Shown here one piece after another: positions 16,935 through 25,063 of a DNA stretch of 32,000 bases. Positions within the stretch are counted from its first letter, which is position 1, and the number at the start of each line of letters is the position of its first letter. The notes beneath the pieces are model-generated. The model ran no database searches. It was not told the DNA's origin and was given only the letters and a program-made list of their open reading frames with translations. Source of the DNA: Pseudodesulfovibrio piezophilus C1TLV30. Lineage in GTDB: Bacteria > Desulfobacterota > Desulfovibrionia > Desulfovibrionales > Desulfovibrionaceae. The stretch lies in contig NC_020409.1 in NCBI RefSeq assembly GCF_000341895.1, positions 2,040,001-2,072,000 on the forward strand, read 5' to 3'. Both the position numbers and the translations under genes were made by a program.

Positions 16935-17528
16935 ATGACTGATCAAAAAAACGATTTTCCCACCGCATTGGCCGCGCCGAAAAGCACAGTAACTCCCCTG
17001 ACCCTGACCATGGTGAGTGGAGTGCTCAACCAATCCCGTGAAAGCCCACGCAAGCGTTTGATCCAGGCAGTGCACAAGAGCGACGGAGCCGCTGTCCACA
17101 AGATGTTCAACGCGATGCAACCAGGCACCTACATCACCCCCCATCGGCATATGCATCCAGCCAAAACCGAAACACTCCTGGTGATGTCAGGGGCCATGCT
17201 CTTCGTACAGTTCTCGGACACAGGAGAACTGGAGAGCCACCTTCTGCTCCAACCGGGAACAGAGATTTTCGGCGTGGATGTGGCTCCGGAAGTGTATCAC
17301 ACGTTCGTGGCCCTGAAACCGGATACGTTGGTCTTCGAGGTCAAGGACGGCCCGTTTGTCGCGGATTCGGACAAGGATATCCCGGATTGGGCACCGCGAG
17401 AAGGCTCGGCCGAAGCGGAGCCATACCTGCTAGACCTGCTCAAAGAATTGGCAGAACGGGCGACGGCTGCTGCCGAAGCCGCCGCAGAGGTTGAGAAAAC
17501 GGAAGCAAAGAGCCAAACGCAGGAGTAG
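16935..17528 (+). CDS. WbuC-family cupin-fold metalloprotein
   Basis: 197-aa ORF with SPRKRLIQAVHKSDGAAVHKMFNAMQPGTYITPHRH...ETLLVMSGAM...VFEVKDGPF...DIPDWAPREG, matching the WbuC cupin pattern. The C-terminal tail is Ala/Glu-rich. Confidence 0.75.
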   Translation: MTDQKNDFPTALAAPKSTVTPLTLTMVSGVLNQSRESPRKRLIQAVHKSDGAAVHKMFNAMQPGTYITPHRHMHPAKTETLLVMSGAMLFVQFSDTGELESHLLLQPGTEIFGVDVAPEVYHTFVALKPDTLVFEVKDGPFVADSDKDIPDWAPREGSAEAEPYLLDLLKELAERATAAAEAAAEVEKTEAKSQTQE

Positions 17529-17590
17529 ACTTCTTGCCGAGCTTCGCTGAATACAGTACACGGTGTGATCTTTGACAAGGAGACCACACT

Positions 17591-18502
17591 GTGAACAGCC
17601 GCGCTCTTCGTGCCGATATTTTACTTTTCATCACCGCCGCCATTTGGGGGCTTGCTTTTGTGGCCCAGCGAGTGGGTATGGAACATGTCGGGCCACTGAC
17701 CTTCAATGGTGTCCGATTTACTCTCGGTGCCATTGCACTGATTCCTCTGATCCTGCATATGAGAAAAAGACGCACTCCGGGGTTCACCGGGGTGGGGAAA
17801 AAACAGCTTCTTCTGGGTGGCGGCACACTTGGTCTTGCCCTGTTCTTCGGGGCGACTCTCCAGCAGGTAGGACTGGCCGGTCCGCAACTGGCTGAGTATG
17901 GTTTCCAGGCTTCCACGGCAGGCAAAGCAGGCTTTATCACTGGTCTGTATGTGGTTTTTGTTCCCATTTTCGGCCTGTTACTGGCACAGAAAGCAGGATT
18001 GGGGACATGGATTGGCGCAGCATTGGCTGTGACCGGCATGTTTTTGCTTTCGGTCACGACAGATCTCTCTGTTTCATTTGGTGATGTGTTGATCCTTGTA
18101 GGAGCGCTCTTCTGGGCAGGCCATGTGCTCCTGATCGGCAAACTCTCGCCCGGAATGGATGCGGTGGATGCCATCAAACTTTCCACAGTTCAATTCGCGG
18201 TCTGCGCCGCTTTCAGCCTAGTGGTCGCCGCTCTCACCGAGGAAATAACACTGGGCGGATTGCAGGGAGCAGCCATGCCCATTGCCTATGGGGGCCTCAT
18301 GTCCGTCGGAGTCGCCTATACTTTGCAGGTCGTGGCCCAGCGCGATGCCCAGCCAGCCCACGCCGCAATTATCCTCAGCCTTGAGGCGGTCTTTGCCGCC
18401 ATTGGCGGATGGATGTTCCTCAATGAAATGATGACGGTTCGCGCCATGATCGGGTGCGGGCTGATGCTGACCGGAATGGTGCTCAGCCAACTCAAGCCAT
18501 AA
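17591..18502 (+). CDS. DMT-superfamily transporter (EamA family)
   Basis: 303-aa ORF with 10 hydrophobic segments and a duplicated EamA-like organisation. GTG start preceded by AAGGAG (17577-17582). Confidence 0.85.
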   Translation: MNSRALRADILLFITAAIWGLAFVAQRVGMEHVGPLTFNGVRFTLGAIALIPLILHMRKRRTPGFTGVGKKQLLLGGGTLGLALFFGATLQQVGLAGPQLAEYGFQASTAGKAGFITGLYVVFVPIFGLLLAQKAGLGTWIGAALAVTGMFLLSVTTDLSVSFGDVLILVGALFWAGHVLLIGKLSPGMDAVDAIKLSTVQFAVCAAFSLVVAALTEEITLGGLQGAAMPIAYGGLMSVGVAYTLQVVAQRDAQPAHAAIILSLEAVFAAIGGWMFLNEMMTVRAMIGCGLMLTGMVLSQLKP

Positions 18503-18574
18503 ACGGCTTCGCCAGAACCTGTGTGTCATTATCAACATGTCAGGAACAACGCCCTGCACACTTCATGGCTTTCG

Positions 18575-19438
18575 CTAATGGGACTCCTTTGCCTTTGGCC
18601 TGATGGATCCCAGATAAATGCCAACAAGAGCCAGGCCGACACCAGCCAACTCGACCGGCGTCGTCGGTTTGTTGAAAAATACGATGTCCCAGACATAGGA
18701 TAGCGTCGGTTGCAGAAGCAGAAACAACCCGACAAGGCTGGTCTTGAGCCGTTGAATACCACGAGTAATCAAATACCATCCAACGGCATGGCAGATGAGT
18801 GCGAGTGTGGCAAGAGCCACCAGAGAGCGGATGTCCGGGATGGTAAAGGATTCCCCCTGGCCAAGGGATAATCCGGCCAGCAGCCCTCCGGTCATCAACG
18901 CCACGGCCGAAGCCATGGCAAGAGGATCAGCTTCTGCCTTGGTCAGTGAATACTTCAGACTGAGAAGATAGAGGGCATATGCCAGTGCCGTGAGCAACCC
19001 GTAGACAACTCCGAGCTTGAAATCCGGGGTAAACGAAGTCCAGGAAACACCGACCATGAGATACAGGCCGAGAAGAGCAGTGGGAATAGCTACCAGAAAT
19101 GCCCATGAGACCCTTTCTCTCAGGAACAGGATGGAAACCAGGGCCAGGGCGATGACCTGAAAATTGGCCAACATGGTCGACAATCCGGGCCCGACAAGAC
19201 CGATGGACCGATGCCAAAAAAAGAAATCACAGGCAAAGAAGAGAGCCGAGAGAAACGACCAGCGCCAGACATGCGCAGTGAGCCTCTTGAATTTGCCCAT
19301 GCGCCACAAAATAGCGAGCATGCCGAGACCACCGAAGAAAAGCCGATAGAACCCGGCGACATCCGGCGGCACATTTGCCAGCTTGACCATGACCGAAGAA
19401 AAACTGATCAGCACGGCTCCGAAAAAGAATCCGGTCAT
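18575..19438 (-). CDS. DMT-superfamily transporter (EamA family)
   Basis: Polytopic ORF. The ATG at 19438 overlaps the sfsA stop (ATGA at 19435-19438) and follows AGGTGG. The track start at 19480 is a TTG. Confidence 0.85.
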   Translation of the reverse strand: MTGFFFGAVLISFSSVMVKLANVPPDVAGFYRLFFGGLGMLAILWRMGKFKRLTAHVWRWSFLSALFFACDFFFWHRSIGLVGPGLSTMLANFQVIALALVSILFLRERVSWAFLVAIPTALLGLYLMVGVSWTSFTPDFKLGVVYGLLTALAYALYLLSLKYSLTKAEADPLAMASAVALMTGGLLAGLSLGQGESFTIPDIRSLVALATLALICHAVGWYLITRGIQRLKTSLVGLFLLLQPTLSYVWDIVFFNKPTTPVELAGVGLALVGIYLGSIRPKAKESH

Positions 19439-20163
19439 GGCACCACCACCTTGAGTTTCTCTCCAAGCGTGATTCCACAATCATCCACATGTGCGACGTA
19501 AGGCCACGCTTCCACGCCGCACTCCAGAGCTTCATAGAAGAGTTCCGCGTACACCGGATCAACCATGTCCGCCGGGCCAAAACACCGTCCGTCCGGTCGC
19601 TGGATCAGAAAAAAGAGCGCCACCCGAACTCCCTCGCGTGCCAAGGCCATGAGTTCACGCAGGTGCTTCTGTCCTCGTTCTGTCACGGCATCGGGAAAAC
19701 AGGCCACATCATCCTCAACCATCGTCACATTTTTACACTCGACCCAAAGCTCGCCCTGTGGCCCCGAAAGATAGGCATCAAGCCGACTCTTCCCCACTGA
19801 AGCCTCTTTCTTGAAAGAGTCATACCCTTTCAGTTCGGGCATGGCACCGACTTCCCATGCCCGAAAGAGCATCCGGTTCGGCGTCAGGGTGTTCACACCG
19901 ACAACACCCCCCTGGAGCTCAAGGGCTTCCAGAGTGTATTGCAACTTTCTTTTAGGATTGAGAGCAGGTGAAAGCAAAGCTGTGGACCCTGGCCTGAGCA
20001 GGCCGAGCATGGACCCGGTATTATTGGTATGAGCAAGAAGCGACTGCCCCGCATCCGGGCCGTCAAGAGCCATTGCCTCGACGGTAAACCGTTTGTAACG
20101 GCCGACAAACGACGCACGACGACAGGCAGCGGCAAAAGGAAGAATACATATGGAATCAGGCAC
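19435..20163 (-). CDS. sfsA: Sugar fermentation stimulation protein SfsA (DNA-binding / nuclease-fold family)
   Basis: The C-terminal 243 codons of the 424-aa track ORF match SfsA (FVGRYKRFTVEA...AHTNNTGSM...ECKNVT...FPDAVTERGQKHLREL). The GTG at 20163 is preceded by GGAG with a 5-nt spacer. The upstream extension would run antisense through the HDOD gene. Confidence 0.85.
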   Translation of the reverse strand: MPDSICILPFAAACRRASFVGRYKRFTVEAMALDGPDAGQSLLAHTNNTGSMLGLLRPGSTALLSPALNPKRKLQYTLEALELQGGVVGVNTLTPNRMLFRAWEVGAMPELKGYDSFKKEASVGKSRLDAYLSGPQGELWVECKNVTMVEDDVACFPDAVTERGQKHLRELMALAREGVRVALFFLIQRPDGRCFGPADMVDPVYAELFYEALECGVEAWPYVAHVDDCGITLGEKLKVVVP

Positions 20164-20292
20164 AATTTCTCCGATATCTTCAAAGAGTCGATTTCTCACT
20201 ATTCCGCCACGAAGGCAAGGCTTATTGCGGTTGCCGCTCAAGGAATAATAGACTAAACCGGAGCAAGCTGGATATACGGAGAGAAAAAGACT

Positions 20293-21573
20293 ATGCCCAA
20301 AATGAATATAGAGACAATAGAACCCGGAATGGTGCTGGCCGAAGACCTGACAACGGCTGAAGGCCGTATGTTGTTGCCACGCGGTGCAATCATCACGGAA
20401 GCGCATATTCGCACCTGCCGGGTTTGGGGCGTGGTGGAAATAGCCATACAAGGCGATGACGAAGAAAACAACGTCGTACCAACACGCCTTGAAGAGTTGG
20501 ACCCTGAAGTTCTCGATGCCTGCAAAATCATGGCTGCCCAACGCTTTGTGCTGAATCCGACCACACACCCCGCTGTCAAGGAAATGGCAAAACTCTATGT
20601 TCTCCGTCAGGCCCGTGATCTCAATGTGGAACGAGCACAGTGGATGCTGGCCGCCACCCCTCATGACGACACGGTGGATTTTTTTTCGGAAGAAGTGGAG
20701 GAAGACCACAAGATCAACTTGAACACCGTTGTTCAGGAAGAGCTCGACCTCGCATCCCTGCCCAATATTTTTTTCCAGATATCGGAAAGCCTCAAAAACC
20801 CGATGAGTTCTGCCGCGTATGTCGCCGAGATCATCAGCAAGGATGTGGCGCTTTCAGCTCGTCTGCTCAAGATGGTCAACACGCCTTTCTACGGATTTCC
20901 CAGCAAGGTAGACACTCTCTCCCGCGCCGTGACCATCGTGGGGACCAACCAATTGACCAACCTCGCCCTGGGTGTTTCCGTCATTTCGGCATTCGATGAC
21001 ATTCCCGAGGAATTTTTCACGCTCAAGGAATTCTGGATGCACTCCATCACCTGCGGTATTGTAGCCCGCCTCCTGGCAGGCAAAGCAGGAGTGGAAGGAG
21101 ACGAAAAATTCTTCGTCGCCGGATTGCTACATGATGTAGGACGGCTGGTGATGCTCAAGAACCACCCCAAGGCTTCCACGAATGTCCTTCGTCCGGCCAA
21201 AGTCGGCCGCCGGGCACTGGTCGATGTCGAGCGCTCCATCTGGGGATGCACCCACGCAGAAATCGGAGGACGTATTCTCAAGGCGTGGCGTCTGCCCGCA
21301 TTCCTTGAAGTGCTGATCCACCACCATCATGACCCCATGGAAGCATCCATGCCCAAAGAAACCGCGATTATTCACCTGGCAGACTTCATTACCCACGGTC
21401 TGGGAATCGGAGCCAGCGGAGCATCCCTTGTTCCCGAGATCAATGCCAGCGCGTGGAAACTGCTTGATATCTCCGTGGCGGAATTGTCCCTGATCGCTCG
21501 CCAGGCGGAACGACAGGCAAATGATGTCCTGGCTGCATTCTTCCCGGATAAAACAGAATCAGGACGAGTGTAA
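20293..21573 (+). CDS. HDOD domain signalling protein
   Basis: 426-aa ORF. The central region has LPNIFFQISESLKNPMSSAAYVAEIISKDVALSARLLKMVNTPFYGF...LLHDVGRLV, typical of HDOD. The N-terminal roughly 150 aa resembles the N-terminus of the HD-GYP protein in this window. GGAGAG lies upstream of the ATG. Confidence 0.85.
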   Translation: MPKMNIETIEPGMVLAEDLTTAEGRMLLPRGAIITEAHIRTCRVWGVVEIAIQGDDEENNVVPTRLEELDPEVLDACKIMAAQRFVLNPTTHPAVKEMAKLYVLRQARDLNVERAQWMLAATPHDDTVDFFSEEVEEDHKINLNTVVQEELDLASLPNIFFQISESLKNPMSSAAYVAEIISKDVALSARLLKMVNTPFYGFPSKVDTLSRAVTIVGTNQLTNLALGVSVISAFDDIPEEFFTLKEFWMHSITCGIVARLLAGKAGVEGDEKFFVAGLLHDVGRLVMLKNHPKASTNVLRPAKVGRRALVDVERSIWGCTHAEIGGRILKAWRLPAFLEVLIHHHHDPMEASMPKETAIIHLADFITHGLGIGASGASLVPEINASAWKLLDISVAELSLIARQAERQANDVLAAFFPDKTESGRV

Positions 21574-22155
21574 TTTCTCCACCGCACGGCGAATGATATC
21601 ACCTTCACCTTCGTAGACGTCCTTTTCGCTCTCCGGCGTGGGACGATCGACCGCAGGCCAGACACCGGGTTGCGCTTCCACGCCTTTCAGGGCTTCCGTG
21701 CAGGGAGCACTATCCGTCATCACCGGAGTCTTCCGAATATCGACATCCGCAACCGGCGCACTGAATTCAATGGGAATATTGTTCGGATCAAAGGCGTAGA
21801 CTGAATGAATGAACCCATGGTCGACCACCTCTGAACACCAGAATCCGGCGGCTTCCAGCGTATCCTTGAGTTCCCACAAAGCATCCTCATCTTCCACACC
21901 AAAAGAGATATGGTCAAAAGCCACCGGTCCTTTGACCGGCACTCCGTGGTCTTTTTCCGGCACGGCCTCTGCTTCGGGCCATTCGAAAAAAGCGATCATG
22001 TCATGCTCGGATATCTCAAAGAAATAATGACGATATCCCGGATGCCCCAGCCCTGTGACCAATCGCATGCCCAGCAGATCACGCCAGAAACGGATGGTGG
22101 AATCCATATCGCCCGTGACCATGGCCAAATGATTGATACCGGTATATCGTACCAC
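21559..22155 (-). CDS. VOC (glyoxalase / bleomycin-resistance / extradiol dioxygenase) family protein
   Basis: 198-aa ORF starting GINHLAMVTGDMDSTIRFWRDLLGMRLV with a second beta-alpha-beta-beta-beta module (FDHISFGVEDEDALWELK). AGGGGAA lies upstream of the ATG. Confidence 0.8.
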   Translation of the reverse strand: MVRYTGINHLAMVTGDMDSTIRFWRDLLGMRLVTGLGHPGYRHYFFEISEHDMIAFFEWPEAEAVPEKDHGVPVKGPVAFDHISFGVEDEDALWELKDTLEAAGFWCSEVVDHGFIHSVYAFDPNNIPIEFSAPVADVDIRKTPVMTDSAPCTEALKGVEAQPGVWPAVDRPTPESEKDVYEGEGDIIRRAVEKLHSS

Positions 22156-22169
22156 AGTGTTCCCCTGAA

Positions 22170-22670
22170 TTATTCGTTTTCCTGACAGAGAGTCCGTCCT
22201 TCCTCTATGGCCCGTTCGCGCTGCCGGACTTCCCGACGCAGCTCGGCTTCCTTATATCGTCTCTTGGCAGTATCGGATTCTAGAATGAGCGACGGAACCT
22301 CGGTGGGTCTGCCTTTCTCATCCAGAGCCACATACGTCAGATATGCAGAATTGGTGTGACGAACCTCACCGGTACGCAGATCCTCTGCCTCCACACGAAT
22401 CCCCACTTCCATGCTGGACCGTCCGACATGGTTCAGACTGGCCTTGAAGACCAACAACTCGCCTATATAGGCAGGAAGTTTGAAGGCCATACGATCAATG
22501 GAAACCGTAACAACATTTGTCCGGGTATGCCGTTTGGCAACGACACCGCCCGTTATGTCAACGTGTTTGAGAATCACGCCACCGTGAAGATTCCCCGCTG
22601 GATTGGTATCCTGCGGCAACACCAGATGCGTCATGATAACTTCGGATTCCTTTGCTGATTTCGCTTTCAT
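22170..22670 (-). CDS. Acyl-CoA thioesterase (hotdog fold, YciA/BFIT-like)
   Basis: MTHLVLPQDTNPAGNLHGGVILKHVDITGGVVAKRH is typical of hotdog acyl-CoA thioesterases. The ATG at 22670 overlaps the stop of the upstream 82-aa ORF (ATGA). Confidence 0.85.
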   Translation of the reverse strand: MKAKSAKESEVIMTHLVLPQDTNPAGNLHGGVILKHVDITGGVVAKRHTRTNVVTVSIDRMAFKLPAYIGELLVFKASLNHVGRSSMEVGIRVEAEDLRTGEVRHTNSAYLTYVALDEKGRPTEVPSLILESDTAKRRYKEAELRREVRQRERAIEEGRTLCQENE

Positions 22671-22915
22671 ATTCGTTCGCCCTTGTGTTTTCCAAATTCC
22701 ACTCGCGCTTCCCACACGAGCTTGCCGACTTTCTTGCCCAGATCAGCCTGCCGCGCACGCATGAGCGCCTCGGCAGCATCCTGATTTCCCTGCTGCTTGA
22801 GCAGAGTCGCGGACTCCAGATCTCGCAGATGTTTTTCACATTCACGCATCAATCCGGACAGATCCATTGTTTCCAATTCCTTTGGAACCCTGACGGAGCG
22901 TACCTTTCTGCTCAT
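22667..22915 (-). CDS. Small hypothetical protein (82 aa, charged/helical)
   Basis: A strong GGGAGGA sits 6 nt upstream of the ATG. The stop overlaps the thioesterase start (ATGA). I recognise no family. Confidence 0.55.
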   Translation of the reverse strand: MSRKVRSVRVPKELETMDLSGLMRECEKHLRDLESATLLKQQGNQDAAEALMRARQADLGKKVGKLVWEARVEFGKHKGERI

Positions 22916-22940
22916 ATCAATCCTCCCGCGGTTTTCAAGA

Positions 22941-22961
22941 TGTCATACCAAATTGATGACA
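22941..22961. repeat. Inverted repeat TGTCAT-N9-ATGACA in the divergent promoter region (candidate operator)
   Basis: TGTCAT (22941-22946) and ATGACA (22956-22961) are exact reverse complements. The repeat lies 26-46 nt upstream of the 82-aa ORF start codon. A second small palindrome, CCTTGAgggTCAAGG, lies at 22969-22983. Confidence 0.25.
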
Positions 22962-23158
22962 GAGTGTGCCTTGAGGGTCAAGGTAAGCCGTTGCCTTTAT
23001 GCTGTATTTGCGGCACTCTTCAAAACTGACGGTCAGGCTGGACCATATTCCGCTCCTGACTTGAAAAATATGTACGAAAAAAATGAACACAGCAATGAGA
23101 CACAGGAAATCCCGAGTCGGAAAAACTGAGGCTTTCATCACATATTTCGAGGTTTGAT

Positions 23159-23464
23159 ATGCACCCGTTTCGTCTTTTGGCCTCTGCTGTCACCCTCATA
23201 GGTATCTGCCTGCTGGTACTTGCTCTTACCGACTGGCAAACAGGCCTTCTCGCGGAAAAATTTTTCCCCGAGGCCACTCACGCACGCGAGCATCACCTTT
23301 ATGGCCTCCTGCTCGCGCTTCCCGTGCCACTTCATATCATATTCATAGGACTGATCGTGCAAAAACGCTGGCTGTCCCCGACCATGGCCCGATTCGCCCT
23401 GGTCGGAATCATCACATCCGGCCTCTGGCTCGGTGCGGCCCTGATCATCAAGATAGTTACCTGA
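23159..23464 (+). CDS. Small integral membrane protein (about 3 TM), unknown function
   Basis: 101-aa ORF with GAGG 6 nt upstream of the ATG. Three hydrophobic segments. I recognise no family. Confidence 0.55.
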   Translation: MHPFRLLASAVTLIGICLLVLALTDWQTGLLAEKFFPEATHAREHHLYGLLLALPVPLHIIFIGLIVQKRWLSPTMARFALVGIITSGLWLGAALIIKIVT

Positions 23465-23465
23465 T

Positions 23466-24785
23466 TCATCCCTCTGCGAACTGCTCGCGCACCACACTCT
23501 CAAGGGTTGGCGCTGTGCGATCCCTGTATTCATACCGAACGCGCACCAGCGGTTTGTTCACATTGATCAACCGGGTCACGTCAATGGGCGTGGCAGAAAT
23601 AATGACGTCGCAATCAACCGCGTTAGCTGTGGCTTCAAGGTCTCGAACCTGCTGTTTCCCATACCCCATGGCCGGGAGCACTGTCCCGATATCCGGGTAT
23701 TTTTCAAAAGTTTCCCGTAAACTCCCCACCAGAGAAGGACGCGGATCAATCAACTCGGCAGCCCCATATTTCTGTGCCGCGACAACGCCCGCCCCATAGG
23801 CCATTTCACCATGGGTCAACGTCGGACCATCTTCTATAACCAGAACCCGTTTCCCTTCGATCAACGCACCCTGATCAGCGGAAACAAGTGAATCGGCTTC
23901 GATGATCAAGGCTCCGGCATTGCTGTTTCGTATATTGATCCTCACCTCATCGACCTGAGATGACGAAGCACTATCCATCTTGTTGATAATCGCGACATCA
24001 CACATGCGCATGTTCGTTTCACCCGGATGGTAGCCCAGTTCATGCCCGGCCCGATGGGGATCGAAAACCACAATATTCAAATCCGGTCGATAAAATGGCG
24101 TATCATTATTGCCCCCGTCCCAGACGATGATATCGGCTTCCTTTTCCGCCTCTTCCAGAATCCTGCCATAATCGACCCCCGCGTAAATGACCGCCCCCAT
24201 ATCAATGACAGGTTCGTATTCCTCCCTCTCCTCAATAGTGCATTGATGTTTTTCCAGATCTTCATAGCGGGAAAATCGCTGCACCACCTGTTTCGTCAAG
24301 TCACCATAGGGCATGGGGTGCCGGATGGTAACCACCCGTTTCCCCATGGACTGCAAAACCCGCACGACCTCACGGCTTGTCTGGGATTTGCCACACCCGG
24401 TTCGAACCGCGCAGACCGAAACCACTGGCTTGTTTGCTTCAAGCATGGTGTATGAAGCTCCCGCGATCATGAAATCAGCTCCGGAAGCAGTGACAATCGA
24501 AGCCTTGTGCATCACTTCTTCATGCCGGATGTCAGAATAGGAAAAAACAACCAGATCAACGCCGTTCTCACGGATAAGATCTTCCAGATTCTCGTCGGAA
24601 TAAATTGGTATTCCCTGAGGATACCTGGAGCCACACAACTCCGACGGATATTTTCGCCCATCGATATTCGGAATCTGGGTGGCCGTGAAACACACGACTT
24701 CATAGCGTTCATTCTCTCGAAAGTAGACATTGAAATTATGGAAATCGCGACCGGCCGCGCCCATGATAAGAACTTTTTCAAGCAT
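23466..24785 (-). CDS. COG2403-type P-loop protein (cyclic 2,3-diphosphoglycerate synthetase-like, predicted GTPase)
   Basis: 439-aa ORF starting KVLIMGAAGRDFHNFNVYFR with a P-loop-like RTGCGKSQ motif. The overall pattern matches the cpgS/COG2403 family. GAGG lies about 8 nt upstream of the ATG. Confidence 0.75.
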   Translation of the reverse strand: MLEKVLIMGAAGRDFHNFNVYFRENERYEVVCFTATQIPNIDGRKYPSELCGSRYPQGIPIYSDENLEDLIRENGVDLVVFSYSDIRHEEVMHKASIVTASGADFMIAGASYTMLEANKPVVSVCAVRTGCGKSQTSREVVRVLQSMGKRVVTIRHPMPYGDLTKQVVQRFSRYEDLEKHQCTIEEREEYEPVIDMGAVIYAGVDYGRILEEAEKEADIIVWDGGNNDTPFYRPDLNIVVFDPHRAGHELGYHPGETNMRMCDVAIINKMDSASSSQVDEVRINIRNSNAGALIIEADSLVSADQGALIEGKRVLVIEDGPTLTHGEMAYGAGVVAAQKYGAAELIDPRPSLVGSLRETFEKYPDIGTVLPAMGYGKQQVRDLEATANAVDCDVIISATPIDVTRLINVNKPLVRVRYEYRDRTAPTLESVVREQFAEG

Positions 24786-25063
24786 GAGAAATACCTCTAT
24801 CCCCTCTCACCTCTTCCAATCCTTTCATATGTTCCAATAACCATTTCGGAAAATTCAGGGTGAGATTTGTGTGTACCGCCCGTTGTCCAAGCCCGGAGAC
24901 CTGAAGACCTTGTCCACCGACGCTATCACGACGACAAAACCCCACAATGACGATTTCGTGACACCCGCCAACAAATGACCGAAAAACACGACGCTCCCCT
25001 TTCCCGATCAAAGGCTCTCGAAACGGACACTTCCACTTCATGAGACCGGCCGCTGTAGGGACG

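Noticed and set aside
20164-20709. N-terminal 180-codon extension of the sfsA ORF (424-aa track ORF)
   Set aside because: SfsA homology begins only around residue 185. The extension overlaps the well-supported HDOD gene on the other strand. A GTG with GGAG 5 nt upstream at 20163 gives a normal-length SfsA.
22935-23141. 68-aa minus-strand ORF with one hydrophobic segment in the divergent intergenic region
   Set aside because: It has a GTG/ATG start with no ribosome-binding site and lies across the likely promoters of both flanking genes. The coding evidence is insufficient.
24778-25041. 87-aa minus-strand ORF in the rocD/COG2403 spacer
   Set aside because: It has no Shine-Dalgarno sequence and an odd Gly/Arg/Cys-rich composition, and it overlaps the well-supported start of the COG2403 gene. 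I treat the region as non-coding leader.
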